A stretch of DNA of 64,000 nucleotides. Origin: Raja brachyura. Lineage: Eukaryota. The DNA lies in assembly GCA_963514005.1 (NCBI GenBank), contig OY740783.1:120404001-120468000 (forward strand). Reading direction: 5' to 3'. Numbering within the stretch: position 1 is the stretch's first letter; each line of letters starts with the position of its first letter. Positions 51,160 through 64,000 of the stretch are shown piece after piece. The notes below the pieces were generated by a model, which was not told the DNA's origin, made no database searches, and saw nothing but the letters and a program-made list of their open reading frames with translations. Both the position numbers and the translations under genes were made by a program.

Positions 51160-52575
51160 ATAGAAACAAATAAAAATAGGTGCAGGAGTAGGACATTCGG
51201 CCCTTCGAGCCAGCACAGCCATTGAATACGATCATGGCTGACCATCTAAAATCAGTACCCCATTCTGGCTTTTTCCCCCATATCCCTTGATTCCTTTAGC
51301 CCTAAGAGCTATATCTAACTCAAGAATTATGAATACATCAAGTGAATTGGCCTCCACTGCCTCTTGTGACAGAGAATTCCACAGATTCACATCTCTGGGT
51401 GATAATGTTTTTCCTCATCTCAGTCCTAAATGGCCTACCACTTATTTTTAAACTGTGACCCCTGGTTCTGGACTACCCTAACACTGGGAACAATTTCCCT
51501 TGCATCTCGTCTGTCCAATCCTTTAAGAATTTTATGTTTCTATAAGATCGCCTCTCATCCTTCTAAATTCCAGTGAATACAAGCCCAGTCGACCCATTCT
51601 TTCCTCATATGGCAGTCCCGCCATCCCAGGAATTAACCTGGTGAATCTACACTGCACTCCCTCAATAGCAATAACATCCTTCCTCAAATAAGGAGACCAA
51701 AATTGCACACAATACTCCAGGTGCGGTCTCACCAGGGCCCTACACAACTGCAGTAGAACCTCCTTGCTCCTAAACTCAATCCTCTTACAATGGCCAACAT
51801 GCCATTAGCTTTCTTCACTGCCTGCTGTACCTGAATGCTTACTTTCAGTGACTGATGTACAAGGACACCCAGGTCTTGTTGCACTTCCCCCTTTCCTAAT
51901 CTGACACCATTCAGATAATAATCTGCCTTCATGTTCTTACCACCAAAGTGGATACCCTCACATTTATCCATGTTATACTGTATCTGCCATGCATCTGCCC
52001 ACTCGCCCAACCTTTTCAAGTCACCCTGCAACCCCTTAGCATCCTCCTCACAGCTCACACTGCCACCCAGCTTTGCGTCATCCACAAACTTGTTACATAT
52101 AATTCCCTCGCCAAAATTGTTAATATACATTGTAAATAACTAGGGTCCCAGCACCGAGTCGTGCTGCACCCCACTAGTCACTGCCTGCCATTCTGAAAAG
52201 GAGTCGTTAATTACCGTTTGGTTCTGGTCTGCCAACTAGCTTTCTATCCATGTCAATACTCTACCCCCAATACCATGTGCTCAAATTTTGTAGACTAATC
52301 TCTTGTGTGGGAAAGGCTTGTGTCCCTTGTCAAAGGCTTTTTGATAGTCCAAATATACCACATCCACTGGCTCTTCCTTATCCATTCTACTTGTTACATC
52401 AAGAAATTCCAGAAGATTAGTCAAGCATGATTTCCCCTTCATAAATCCATGTTGACTTTGACCAATCCTGTCCCTGCTTTCCAAATGCGCTGCTATAACA
52501 TCTTTAATAATCGACAAGCATCTTCGCCACGACTGATGTAAGGCTAATTGGTCTATAATTCCCCATTTTCTCTAC
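51160..52575 (-). mobile_element. CR1 LINE RT fragment
   Basis: QHGFMKGKSCLTNLLEF, VYLDYQKAFDK, KFVDDAKLGG, LVRPHLEYCVQFWSP. Confidence 0.88.
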
Positions 52576-52787
52576 AAGGGTACCACATTCCATCAGCAGG
52601 GCAAGTGGGCTGAGGAATAGCTAATGGAGCTTAATGCAAATAAATGTGAGGCATTGCATTTTGGGAAGTCAAACCAGAACAGGGCCTTCACGGTGAATGT
52701 CAGGGCCCTGCTGAGTGTTGTCGTGCAAGGAGATATGTGAGTGCATGTACATAGTACCTTGACAGTTGTGTCACTGATAGACATGGT

Positions 52788-53062
52788 CATCATCATCATT
52801 GAAAACATCAACGGGCGCGGTGCCTTACAATGCTATGTACGACAGTGATCGCAACTTGTACTGAAATGTGGCTGGCCATTGGCTCGCTAGGAACTCATCC
52901 GCCCTTTGACAGGTCTTGTTTTTGGTCCTGCTGAGGGTCCACAGCCTCCCCCTCACCTGGCAAACCAGGTGGGGTAGACGGTTTACTCGCCGACTATCCG
53001 ACCATTGAGCAGGTAGCACGGGATTACATAGTACCCGTGGCGGTGGGAACTCCACCCGACCT
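52788..53062 (-). mobile_element. Short retroposon with (TGA)n tail
   Basis: 8-bp TSD gacatggt; interrupts a CR1 fragment. Confidence 0.6.
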
Positions 53063-54403
53063 GACATGGTGGTCAAGGCTTTCAGTACATTGGCCTTCAT
53101 TTTTATGGGTATTGAGTATAGAAGTTGGAATGTTATGTTACAGTTGTGCAAAACATTGGTGAGGCCACATTTGGACTATTGTGTTCAGTTTTAGTCACCC
53201 TCCTATGGGAGGGATGTTGTTAAGATGGAAAGATTGCAGAGAACATTTATTGCCTGTACTTAAAGGCCTGAGCTATTGGGAGAGGTTGTGCAGGCTAGAA
53301 CTTTATTCCTTTGTGTAGGAGGAATTTGAGGCAGGTACTATAACAGCATTAAAAAGACACATGGATAGCAAAGGTTTAGAAGGATTTGGGCTAACTATAG
53401 GCAAATTAACTGGTTTCGATGGTACATCTTGGCGGGTATGGACGAATTGGGCCGAAAGGCCTGTTATTATTCTGTGTGACTATGATTTAAACCAGCATCT
53501 GCAGTTCTTTCCTACATATGATAAGTCCTGAACTATGAAGGCAAGACAACTCACATTTGGAGGAGTGTGGGCTAATTAGGGACAGTAAGCTAATTAGTGA
53601 TGGTCAGCAGGTCATGTCTTACTAACTTGTGGGCACAGTGTTATAGGAAAGATGTTGTCAGGCTGGAAAGGGTACGGTGAAGATTTACGAGGATGTTGCC
53701 AGGACGAGAGGGCCTGAGCTATAGGGAGAGGTTGAGTAGGCTGGTACTATTCCTTGTGGCACAGGAGGATGAGGGGGTGATCTTATAGATGTGTATAAGA
53801 CCATGAAAGGAAAAGATTGGGTAGATGCACAGAGTCTCTTGCCCAGAGTGGGTGAATCGAGGACCAGATTACATAGGTTTAAGATGAAGGGGAAATTATT
53901 TAATAGGAATCTGAGGGGTAACCTTTTCACACAAAGGGTCGTGGATGTATGGAACAAGCTACCAGAGGAGGTAGTTGAAGCAGGGACTAGACAGATACAT
54001 GGACAGGACAAGTTTGGAGGGTTATGGACTAAATGCTGGCAGGTGGGACTAGTGTAGCTGGGACATGTTGGCAAGTTGGGCCGAAGGACCTGTCTCCACA
54101 TTGCATAATTCTCTGTGACTATCACCCTAACTTGTAAGTAAGACTTTCATTGTTCAATTTTGGTACGTATGACAATGAAACATTCAGATACATGTTTCTT
54201 TTCCTTCCAGTGAATGTTTTTAGAATTGAATGATTGTGAAGCTGATTATTCTTGTGCTCTGGTCAAGATCATATTTTGTATTAATTCCTGTTTTAATGTG
54301 TTAATATTGTTTTGCATATTAGAAATACAACAAAAGTGCAAGCAAAATAAAAAGTTAATTAATTTGTTTTGAAAGGTAACTAGTTTCTTTATTTAATTTG
54401 TAG

Positions 54404-54515
54404 AGCCAAGGCCACCATGTTGCAACTTGCTGAGCTGAATCCTTACGTCCAGGTCACTGCTTCGAACATCCTTTTGGATGAAAATACAGATCTTAGTTTT
54501 CTGCAGCATTATCAG
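54404..54515 (+). CDS. UBA6: UBA6 exon: AKATMLQLAELNPYVQVTASNILLDENTDLSFLQHYQ
   Basis: 112-nt exon, tttgtag/GTAAT; AELNPYV motif. Confidence 0.95.
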
Positions 54516-54909
54516 GTAATTCAAGCAACTGTTTAACCAGTCACAGAATCATAGGTATATAGCAGGGAAAAGGGCCCTTTGGCCCAACTCATTCATTCCA
54601 ACCAAAATGGAAGTACAAAACAGAGAATTCACTGTGACATGCCACATTGTGATAATAAAGTTTCATTCATTCATTCTGAGCTTGTTCCAGTTCAATCAGT
54701 ATTATCGTAGAATGACTAGTTCATTTCTTACCTTGACGCCACTTTAGACAAATCAGTATTTTAATTTACTGGCTTGTATCTAAAATGATCTAGGACTTTA
54801 TGGTATTCCAAAATTGATAGTATTGTTAAAAGAAAGACACGTGCTATGGCCACCGTGAAAATGATGTGGGCAGATACACTTACTTTGCACCAGATACTCA
54901 TTAGTGTTG

Positions 54910-56070
54910 AGAGACACAAATGCTGGAGTAACAGCTGGCAGCATCTCTGGAGAGAAGGAATGGCTGATGTTTCGGGTCGAGTCCCATCTTCAGACTGATG
55001 TCAGGGGAGTGGGCCATACAGAGTTAAAATGTAGTCGGAGACAGTATGACTGGTGGGAGAACTGGGAAGGGGGATGGGATGGTGAGAGAGAGGGAGAAAG
55101 CAAAGGATATTTGAAGTTAGAGAAGTAAATGTTCATACCACTGTGGTGTAAGCTACCCAGGCGAAATATGAGGTGCTGTTCCTCTAATTTGCGCTGGGCC
55201 TCACTCTGACAATGGCGGGGGCCCAGGACAGAAAGGTCAGTGTGGAAATCGGAGGGGGAGTTAAAATGTTGAGCAACCGGGAGATTATGTAGGTTTAGGC
55301 GGACTGAGCAGAGGTGTTCAGCGAAACGATTGCCGATCCTGCGCTTGGTCTCACCGATTTACATGAGTTGACACCTGGAACAGCGGCTGCAGTAGATGAG
55401 GTTGGAGGAGGTGCTAGCGAACCTCTGTGTCACCTGAAAAGACTGTTGGGGTGGGAGGTAAAGGGACAGGTATTGCATCTCCTGCGGTTGCAAGGAAAAT
55501 ACCTGGGGAGGGGATGGTTTGGATGGGAAGGGATGAGTTGACCAAGGAGTTGAGGAGGGAACGGTCTCTGCAGAGAGCAGAAAGGGGTGGAGATGGGAAG
55601 CAGTGGCTAGTAGTGGGATCCTTTTGGAGGTGGCAAAAAATGTTGGAGGATTATGTGCTGTATGTGACGGGTGATGGGGAGACGGGTTAGGACAAGGGGG
55701 ACTCTGTCCTTGTTACGAATTGGGGGGGGGGGGGGAGCAAGAGTGGAGCTGAGGGATATTGAGGAGACCCTAGTGAGGGCCTTATCTATGATGGAAGAGG
55801 GGAACCCCCGTCCCCTAAAGAATGAGAACATCTCCGATGACCTGGTATGGAAAACCTCATCCTGGGTGCAGATGTGGCGTAAACGGAGGAATTGGGAGTA
55901 GGGGATAGAGTCTTTACAGGAAGCAGGGTGGGAAGAAGTGTAGTCTAGATAGCTATGGGAGTCATTGGGTTTGTAATAGCTGTCAGTCGATAGTCTATCT
56001 CCTGTGATGGAGAATGTGAGACCTAGAAACGGTAGGGAGATGTCGGAGATCGTCCAAGTGAATTTGATGT
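54910..56070 (-). mobile_element. Penelope-like element 3' portion (RT tail, GIY-YIG, hammerhead-like end)
   Basis: FFRGRGFPSSIIDKAL…NKDRVPLVLT; collinear with the other Penelope pieces. Confidence 0.8.
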
Positions 56071-57296
56071 CTGAGATCTTGGATTTGCTCTATCCACAAA
56101 AAAACTTATGTGGACAGGGATGAATTGGAAAATGCAGATACGATTCAACTTGTCTTCGATTGGATATGCAAGGAGCAGCGCAAAAATGAGGAATCAATAG
56201 GAGTACAGGAGAGTTATTTGAGGTGTTCTGATGTACTTGTGCGGATGCAGGAATGGAAGTGTGAGGATAACAGAGGAAGAGTTGTGTGGTCAACCGTATT
56301 AAAGATTGTGCGTAAGCTAAATAGGATGTAGATGGTTTGTGTAGCTAATTTAGGGATTAGAAATGGGCCATAACAAATCATCTTAATTATCACAGCAAAT
56401 AAATCCCATGAGTTCTTTGGAGGTTAGAGATTGTGAGAAGGCCTAAGAGTAACAAAATGGTCAAAGATTATTTTGCACTTCTGGATGACGAGAACGTAAG
56501 AAATTTTACCCCAAAAGTTCAGAATCCTGTTAACTACATTAGTCATGGGTGGCAAAACACTTTTTCATATGGCTATTTTTAAATAAGTTGTGAAGAGGCA
56601 CTGTGATTGATTGACTTGCTAGGCAACTTCAAAGTGTCTTCAGTGGGGGCGGTGACCAGGATGTGAACATTTGCAAGCTGGGAACATCATTGAGACAAGA
56701 GGATGGTGCTATTGTGATTCCTACTTATGAGAAGTGAATAATGAGTGTGTACAGAAAATATTAAGAAGCAAAAATTAGACACTTGCTCAGATTAAACTCC
56801 CATCTGCTATTTCTGCAGCTGATCGATATCCCCTGTATCTTCTAACAGCCTTCCTTACTGTCTGATGTTAGTGTTGTCCGCAAACTCACTCACCAACACG
56901 TCACCGTGAATCTTATGCATCTTAATCTCCTGGATCAGCCTACCATGAGGAATTTTATCAAAAGCTTTACTAAAATCCACATATGCACCATATACCGCCT
57001 TCCATTCATCAATCCCCTTCATCACTTCCTCAAAAATCTCAATCAATATAGTAAAGCACGACCTGTTGTGTATAAAGCCATGCTGGCTAAGGAGGGATGT
57101 GGATTACAGTATGTGCAGGCAGATAAGAGTGGTCTTGCTACGACATTGGGGACCAAATATATTGTCCCTGTGCTGTATTCTATTTTCTAAGCATGTCACC
57201 GTGTCTGAAGGGCCTGTTTCTGTGCTGTATGACTCTTATTTTGGCATTGTACCTTGTGGTAATTATATTAATTGGAGCCTTTTATCTCATCCGTAG

Positions 57297-57377
57297 TGTG
57301 TGGTATTAACAGAGACTAGACTATCACTTCAAAAGAAGATTAATAACTTTTGCCGTTCTCATCAGCCACCCATCAAG
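57297..57377 (+). CDS. UBA6: UBA6 exon: CVVLTETRLSLQKKINNFCRSHQPPIK
   Basis: 81-nt exon, ccgtag/GTATG; matches UBA6 CVVLTE…LQKKINDFCRSQCPPIK. Confidence 0.95.
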
Positions 57378-59033
57378 GTATGTTTTGCTTGTGATGTACA
57401 GGGCGTGAACTTTCCATCACCACTTAATTGTTCACTGTAAATTTGCAACTGGTCTCAATGTAGTTGTCTTAAGTGTGCAATATTGCAAGACAAGAAATAA
57501 TTATTACTCGCCTTTTGTTGGATAACAGAACCAAGCAGAATATCGATTTGCTTTTGGATACTATTCTGCTGTAAACTGGTATAAAAATATGACATACAGT
57601 GAGTATGAATTGTTTCTAAACGGTATTGTACCTGCCAGGTTATTCCAGCTGTCACACTATTGGTTTGCTGTTTCCTGACTCTTGTATTCAATACCCCTAG
57701 CAAAGAAGGCATACGCCTTCTTTACCACCCTATCTACTTGTGCTGCCACCTTTAGTGAGCTATGAACTTGAACACGAAGATCCCCCTCCACAACAACACT
57801 GCCAAAGGTCTTGCCATTAATTGTACACTCTCTCCTTGCATTCAATCTGTAAAAGTGCAACACCTCGCACTTACTCGGGTTAAACTCCATCTGCTATTTC
57901 TCTGCCCATTTTTGCAGCTGAGCTATATCCCGTTGTATCATCTGACAGCAGGGCTCGAAATTAGCAGTTGCCCGGGTGCCATTGGCCACCCAAAGTGCCC
58001 CCGGGCAACCTAAACGGCGAGTCATTTTACCCGTCTGAAGCAGCTGCTTGGCACGCAAACACTGGTTTATACCGGTAGACGCAAAAACTGGAGTACCTCC
58101 GCGGTCAGGCAGCATCTCTGGAGCATAGGAACTGACGCTTGGTGTGGGCGGTGGCTGTATTCCTCTAGTATCTTTAATTGCGAGGCAAAGATACTAGGAG
58201 CCAAAGATATCTTTGTTAGGAGCGGAGTGACGAAGGGGCGGAGCGGATGATGGGCCGCGACAGCGGCTCCACTGCCTCCTCCTCTCTCACCCCGCCCGGC
58301 GGAACGAGGCCTCCCTCTCCCTCTCCCTCACCCCCTCCCTCCTCCTGGCCTCGGCGTGTGAAACTGATTGTTTGAAAGCGCCTTTTTGCGGATTTGCCAT
58401 CAGCGGCTGCTATCGCCCTGATCGTTGCTTGTAACTCGAAGTACCGAACAGCACTTTCAAATCAACCCGTGTCGCGCGCCGAGGGCGGGAGGTAGGGAGG
58501 GGGAGAGGGAGGGAGGTCTCCTTCCGCCGTCTGAAGCAGCTGCACGACATATCCTATAGGATCTATAGGGCACCGCTCGGCCCCGCACCTTGCTGTTGGC
58601 TGGAGGAGGGGAGGCGGTGGCGGTGGCGAGGAGTCGGCGGCACTTTGGCGTTGGGCAGGGACGGCCAAGGCAGCGGGCGATGTTGTCCGAGGAGCGCTGA
58701 CCTTCCTTCCTCTCCACCTCCTCTGCGCCCCCCCCCCCCCCCTCTCTCTTGTACGCCCCCCTCCACCCTTCTTATCCTGGGACCCGTCCTCTCCACCCCG
58801 CACTGATCCCCATTCCCTCCTCTATTCAATCCTCATTGACATCCTCCGTACCCCCCCCCCCCCCCCCCAATTTATTCATCACCCTACCCACCTCGCATTG
58901 ATTCTCCTGCGCCCCCCCCCATCCATCCTACACTGGTCCCCCAATTCATCCTGTACTGACCCCCCCCCCCTTCCCATCCATCCTGCACTTCTCCCCCCAT
59001 TCATCCTGCACTGATTCCCCCATTCATCCTGTA

Positions 59034-61080
59034 CTGATCCCCTCATGCATCCCGTACTGATCCCCTCATGCATCCCGTACTGATCCCCTCATGCATCCCG
59101 TACTGATCCCCTCATGCATCCCGTACTGATCCCCTCATGCATCCCGTACTGATCCCCTCATGCATCCCGTACTGATCCCCTCATGCATCCCGTACTGATC
59201 CCCTCATGCATCCCGTACTGATCCCCTCATGCATCCCGTACTGATCCCCTCATGCATCCCGTACTGATCCCCTCATGCATCCCGTACTGATCCCCTCATG
59301 CATCCCGTACTGATCCCCTCATGCATCCCGCACTGATCCCCTCATGCATCCCGCACTGATCCCCTCATGCATCCCGCACTGATCCCCTCATGCATCCCGC
59401 ACTGATCCCCTCATGCATCCCGCACTGATCCCCTCATGCATCCCGCACTGATCCCCTCATGCATCCCGCACTGATCCCCTCATGCATCCCGCACTGATCC
59501 CCTCATGCATCCCGCACTGATCCCCTCATGCATCCCGCACTGATCCCCTCATGCATCCCGCACTGATCCCCTCATGCATCCCGCACTGATCCCCTCATGC
59601 ATCCCGCACTGATCCCCTCATGCATCCCGCACTGATCCCCTCATGCATCCCGCACTGATCCCCTCATGCATCCCGCACTGATCCCCTCATGCATCCCGCA
59701 CTGATCCCCTCATGCATCCCGCACTGATCCCCTCATGCATCCCGCACTGATCCCCTCATGCATCCCGCACTGATCCCCTCATGCATCCCGCACTGATCCC
59801 CTCATGCATCCCGCACTGATCCCCTCATGCATCCCGCACTGATCCCCTCATGCATCCCGCACTGATCCCCTCATGCATCCCGCACTGATCCCCTCATGCA
59901 TCCCGCACTGATCCCCTCATGCATCCCGCACTGATCCCCTCATGCATCCCGCACTGATCCCCTCATGCATCCCGCACTGATCCCCTCATGCATCCCGCAC
60001 TGATCCCCTCATGCATCCCGCACTGATCCCCTCATGCATCCCGCACTGATCCCCTCATGCATCCCGCACTGATCCCCTCATGCATCCCGCACTGATCCCC
60101 TCATGCATCCCGCACTGATCCCCTCATGCATCCCGCACTGATCCCCTCATGCATCCCGCACTGATCCCCTCATGCATCCCGCACTGATCCCCTCATGCAT
60201 CCCGCACTGATCCCCTCATGCATCCCGCACTGATCCCCTCATGCATCCCGCACTGATCCCCTCATGCATCCCGCACTGATCCCCTCATGCATCCCGCACT
60301 GATCCCCTCATGCATCCCGCACTGATCCCCTCATGCATCCCGCACTGATCCCCTCATGCATCCCGCACTGATCCCCTCATGCATCCCGCACTGATCCCCT
60401 CATGCATCCCGCACTGATCCCCTCATGCATCCCGCACTGATCCCCTCATGCATCCCGCACTGATCCCCTCATGCATCCCGCACTGATCCCCTCATGCATC
60501 CCGCACTGATCCCCTCATGCATCCCGCACTGATCCCCTCATGCATCCCGCACTGATCCCCTCATGCATCCCGCACTGATCCCCTCATGCATCCCGCACTG
60601 ATCCCCTCATGCATCCCGCACTGATCCCCTCATGCATCCCGCACTGATCCCCTCATGCATCCCGCACTGATCCCCTCATGCATCCCGCACTGATCCCCTC
60701 ATGCATCCCGCACTGATCCCCTCATGCATCCCGCACTGATCCCCTCATGCATCCCGCACTGATCCCCTCATGCATCCCGCACTGATCCCCTCATGCATCC
60801 CGCACTGATCCCCTCATGCATCCCGCACTGATCCCCTCATGCATCCCGCACTGATCCCCTCATGCATCCCGCACTGATCCCCTCATGCATCCCGCACTGA
60901 TCCCCTCATGCATCCCGCACTGATCCCCTCATGCATCCCGCACTGATCCCCTCATGCATCCCGCACTGATCCCCTCATGCATCCCGCACTGATCCCCTCA
61001 TGCATCCCGCACTGATCCCCTCATGCATCCCGCACTGATCCCCTCATGCATCCCGCACTGATCCCCTCATGCATCCCGCA
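59034..61080. repeat. 23-bp minisatellite (CTGATCCCCTCATGCATCCCGYA) x89
   Basis: 2047 bp / 23 = 89 near-perfect units; the first 12 end GTA and the remaining 77 end GCA. Confidence 0.97.
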
Positions 61081-62002
61081 TAGACCCTCCGATCCACACT
61101 GTCCTGACCCCCCCCCCCCCCCCATTCATCCTATACTGATCCCCCCCCCCCCCCCCCCATCTATCCTGTACTGATCCCCCCCCCCCCATTTAAGAAGCAT
61201 GGGGGGAACTGTCTGAAGAAGGGTATCGACCCGAAACGTTGCCTATTTCCTTAGCTCCATAGATGCTGCCTCACCCGCTGAATTTCTCCAGCATTTTTGT
61301 CTACCCCCATTCTTCCTGTACTGAACCCCCATTCTTCCTGTACTGAACCCCCATTCTTCCTATACTGATCCCCCCATCCATCCTGTACTGATCCCCCCCC
61401 CCCCCATTCAACACCACTGACATCCCCCGTGCTCTCCCCTCACAATTTTACATACTCCAACCAACACTTACTAATTCACTTGCCTCAATCCATCCATTCC
61501 GCACCGATTGCTTTCTCAACCCCCCGCCCCACCATCTATCCACCCTGCACTGATTCACACACCACCTGACCCTATTCTGCTTCATGGTCTTCAGAGCGAA
61601 CATTGATTATGTTTGATAATGGAATGTAATGATCAGCCATGGATGATCAGCCATGAACATATTGAATGGCGGTGCAGGCTCGAAGGGCCGAATGGCCTAC
61701 TCTTGCACCTATTTTCTATGTAATCAATGGTGTTTTAATTCCCAATGTTATTATTTGTTTTGACACCTTTAAACCTATTACCAAAAGAACATTTGCTGCA
61801 GTTATGTCCTTTGGTAATGTCTTGTCAGTTAGTGTATTGTTTGTCAGATGGGTGTAGTCGGTTTTAACAGCTATTATCATAAAATGCCTTTAGAAATTTC
61901 CTTGCAACCTGTATATTTTGTTGTGGATAAATTATGTGCGAAGCCAGTGTTTCTGTGCCAATAGCAATAACGACCCATGCTATGGCCTTGTCATGGTAAT
62001 TT

Positions 62003-64000
62003 CATTTCGGAGTCACGTGAGTGACTTCGTGAAGAGCCCGCCGGCGCGCATGCTCGACATATCGTCGTACCGCGTTGCTGCGACGGCTGGCGGTGGAGCG
62101 CGCTCCTCGCCAGCCCTTCAGAAGGGGCCACGGAGGTAAGTATTCTACCTTTAGTTGGTGGTCCTTGTTGTTGGGTTTGTCTTGCAGCAAGGACATGGAT
62201 GGGAGTTCCAAGGGCCGGAGGACGTCAGGACGAGTTCGCCGGTCAACAGTTCCGGGGCCTTTACCATCGGCAGTACCTGCATCGCAGGCCGGGACTCAGG
62301 CGGAGATGTGGGTAAGCCCTGTGTTTACAGGTCCAGATCCGCCAGCACACCACAGCTCGGAGGAGTTCGACGAGGAGGAGTGTGGTGTGCCGCCAGAGCA
62401 GGGGGACCCTGCCATGGCAGTCAGGTCGTCAGCGGGCTCGCTGGCGACCTCGAGCTGGGTGCGTGCGGCTGCACGGCCTGTTCCACTCAGCCTTCCGAGA
62501 AGGGGAAGGGCAGGAGCCCAGAAGCCTAACCCTACCAGGGCTAAGGCATTGCCTGACACGGAGGAGCGGTCAGGTTCCAGGGAAAGACCCGGGGCGGCTG
62601 TGAGGTCCAGCCGGCACGCCCCGACTCTCGACGCCGGGACGGGTCGGTCGAGTCGGGTCTCGTCACGGTCGCCGAGCCCCCCATGGATGGGTGGGCGAGA
62701 CCATGCGTCGGCAACGTCCACGATGTGGGCAGCCGGCAAGACTGAGCGGGCCCCAGGCAGCCATGCTTCGGCTGGTGCCGACACCTCGCCGCAAGTGCCC
62801 TTAGTGGCAGCGGCTTCAGCTCCCGCTAAACGGAGGCGGTTGAACACGCCCGCGCAGGAATCGCGCAGTTCGCCTCGGCGGCTGTTAGCGACAACTACCG
62901 GCACCGGCAGGGCCTCGACGAGGTGCGGGCCGATGACAGGAGCCCGGTTTTCTTTTCAGAGCCGGAGGACTCCGACCACCTGAGTGTTCAGGGTGAAGGG
63001 CGTATTGACTGTATGGAGCGGCTGCTGGAGCTCCTGCTTCAACGTCAACAACAGCAGGGCAGCAACAGGCACAGGGCGTCTTCACAAACATCTACTATCA
63101 GCCTGGAGCAGCAGGAAGAAGTCCTCATCCAGGCAATGAGCCGTCACAAGGCTCCATCCAATTGCAACTCCCTCAACGTGCCTGTGGTCAATACGCCGAT
63201 ATGGGGCAACATCAGTGCGGCTATCCGTCAACAGGAGGTAAAACTGCAGCGGATCCTGAAGCTCCTCACAGCCGGTATTACCGCCTTTGTGCGGTCGGTG
63301 GACGGGGACGAATTGAATTTGGACCAGGGAGATGCCCTGGCCCTCCTGTGCGCGACCCAGCACGAAATTAACAGGTTTCGCAAAACCAGCATCCGCCCAG
63401 CGCTCAATCCAAAGTTTGCAGGAGTGTGCAAACCACCGCCGCCGCCCCCGCCCCGTCAGCTCTTTGGGAAGGACCTCTCGAAGAGAGTCAAAGAGCTTGA
63501 CGAGCAAGCCAAAACGGTGGGGATCATGCGCCCTCGGAGTGCCCCCACACCGTCAGGCTCAAAGTCTCCATACATTCGATCACGAGGGTCTGCCAGTACC
63601 TCGACGAGGACCCACCCTCAAGCTCCACAACGACAGCAACATCAGACCCAGCACCAGGGGTCTTTTTTAGGACAGGGTCGGCAGAGACCCTGGTGGAAAA
63701 CGAAGACGCCGCGCCCTCAAGCCAACCCAGCACCTCCACGTCCACACACGCGTGTCAAAGACCGCCGGTAACCACGGAGGTGAGGGGGTCTGGTTCTCTC
63801 TTTTCTCTCTGTTTAACTTCACATGTTGGTGGTCACCTTCGGTGGTTTTTTGGGTGCATGAGGTAATTTCACTGGTGACGAGTATGTGTTGCAGAATATT
63901 CAGGGGCATAAAATTGAGTTTATTAATGGCGACATTCCTCCATCCCAGCACATGCCCGCTCGAACATTTAAAATTATCTGCTGCAGAACAGGCAGCCGGC
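62003..64000 (+). mobile_element. DIRS-like (tyrosine-recombinase) retrotransposon 5' part, in UBA6 intron
   Basis: Abrupt GC-rich start; gag-like ORF1 (62923-63771, PSNCNSLNVPVVNTPIW…LFGKDL) followed by TGDEYVLQNIQGHKIEF, typical of a DIRS RT N-terminus; ORF1 appears frameshifted near 62950. Confidence 0.7.

Noticed and set aside
59034-61080. 23-bp array as CRISPR or repetitive protein
   Set aside because: No spacers; stop codons recur every three units on both strands
62296-62904. 202-aa minus-strand ORF
   Set aside because: Antisense frame of the GC-rich DIRS ORF1 region

Overview
Eukaryotic, repeat-dominated vertebrate genomic DNA. The repeat content (V-SINE, CR1, Penelope, Rex1, Tc1, DIRS) suggests a cartilaginous fish such as a skate or ray; this is an inference. 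Two spliced genes are divergently oriented. (1) A minus-strand Siglec-15-like Ig receptor: signal-peptide exon 14058-14115, V-set exon 3504-3905, and a C2-set exon from 268 that runs off the window start. (2) Plus-strand UBA6 (ubiquitin/FAT10 E1): probable non-coding exon 1 ending at 35844, plus six coding exons from 40144 to 57377; the gene continues beyond the window. The rest is nested mobile DNA: a gag-only Gypsy LTR element with identical LTRs, a Tc1, a 6.6-kb hAT-like element, a DIRS-like element, an intact LINE RT segment with a 73-bp flanking duplication, a solo LTR, many Penelope fragments with minimal hammerhead-like motifs, a diverged ~200-bp hairpin-containing satellite holding a PHD-finger remnant, and an 89-copy 23-bp minisatellite. 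There are two N gaps. I found no clear wholly novel system. The best leads are the divergent Siglec-15-like receptor, the gag-only LTR element, the hammerhead-bearing short repeats and the ~200-bp array.
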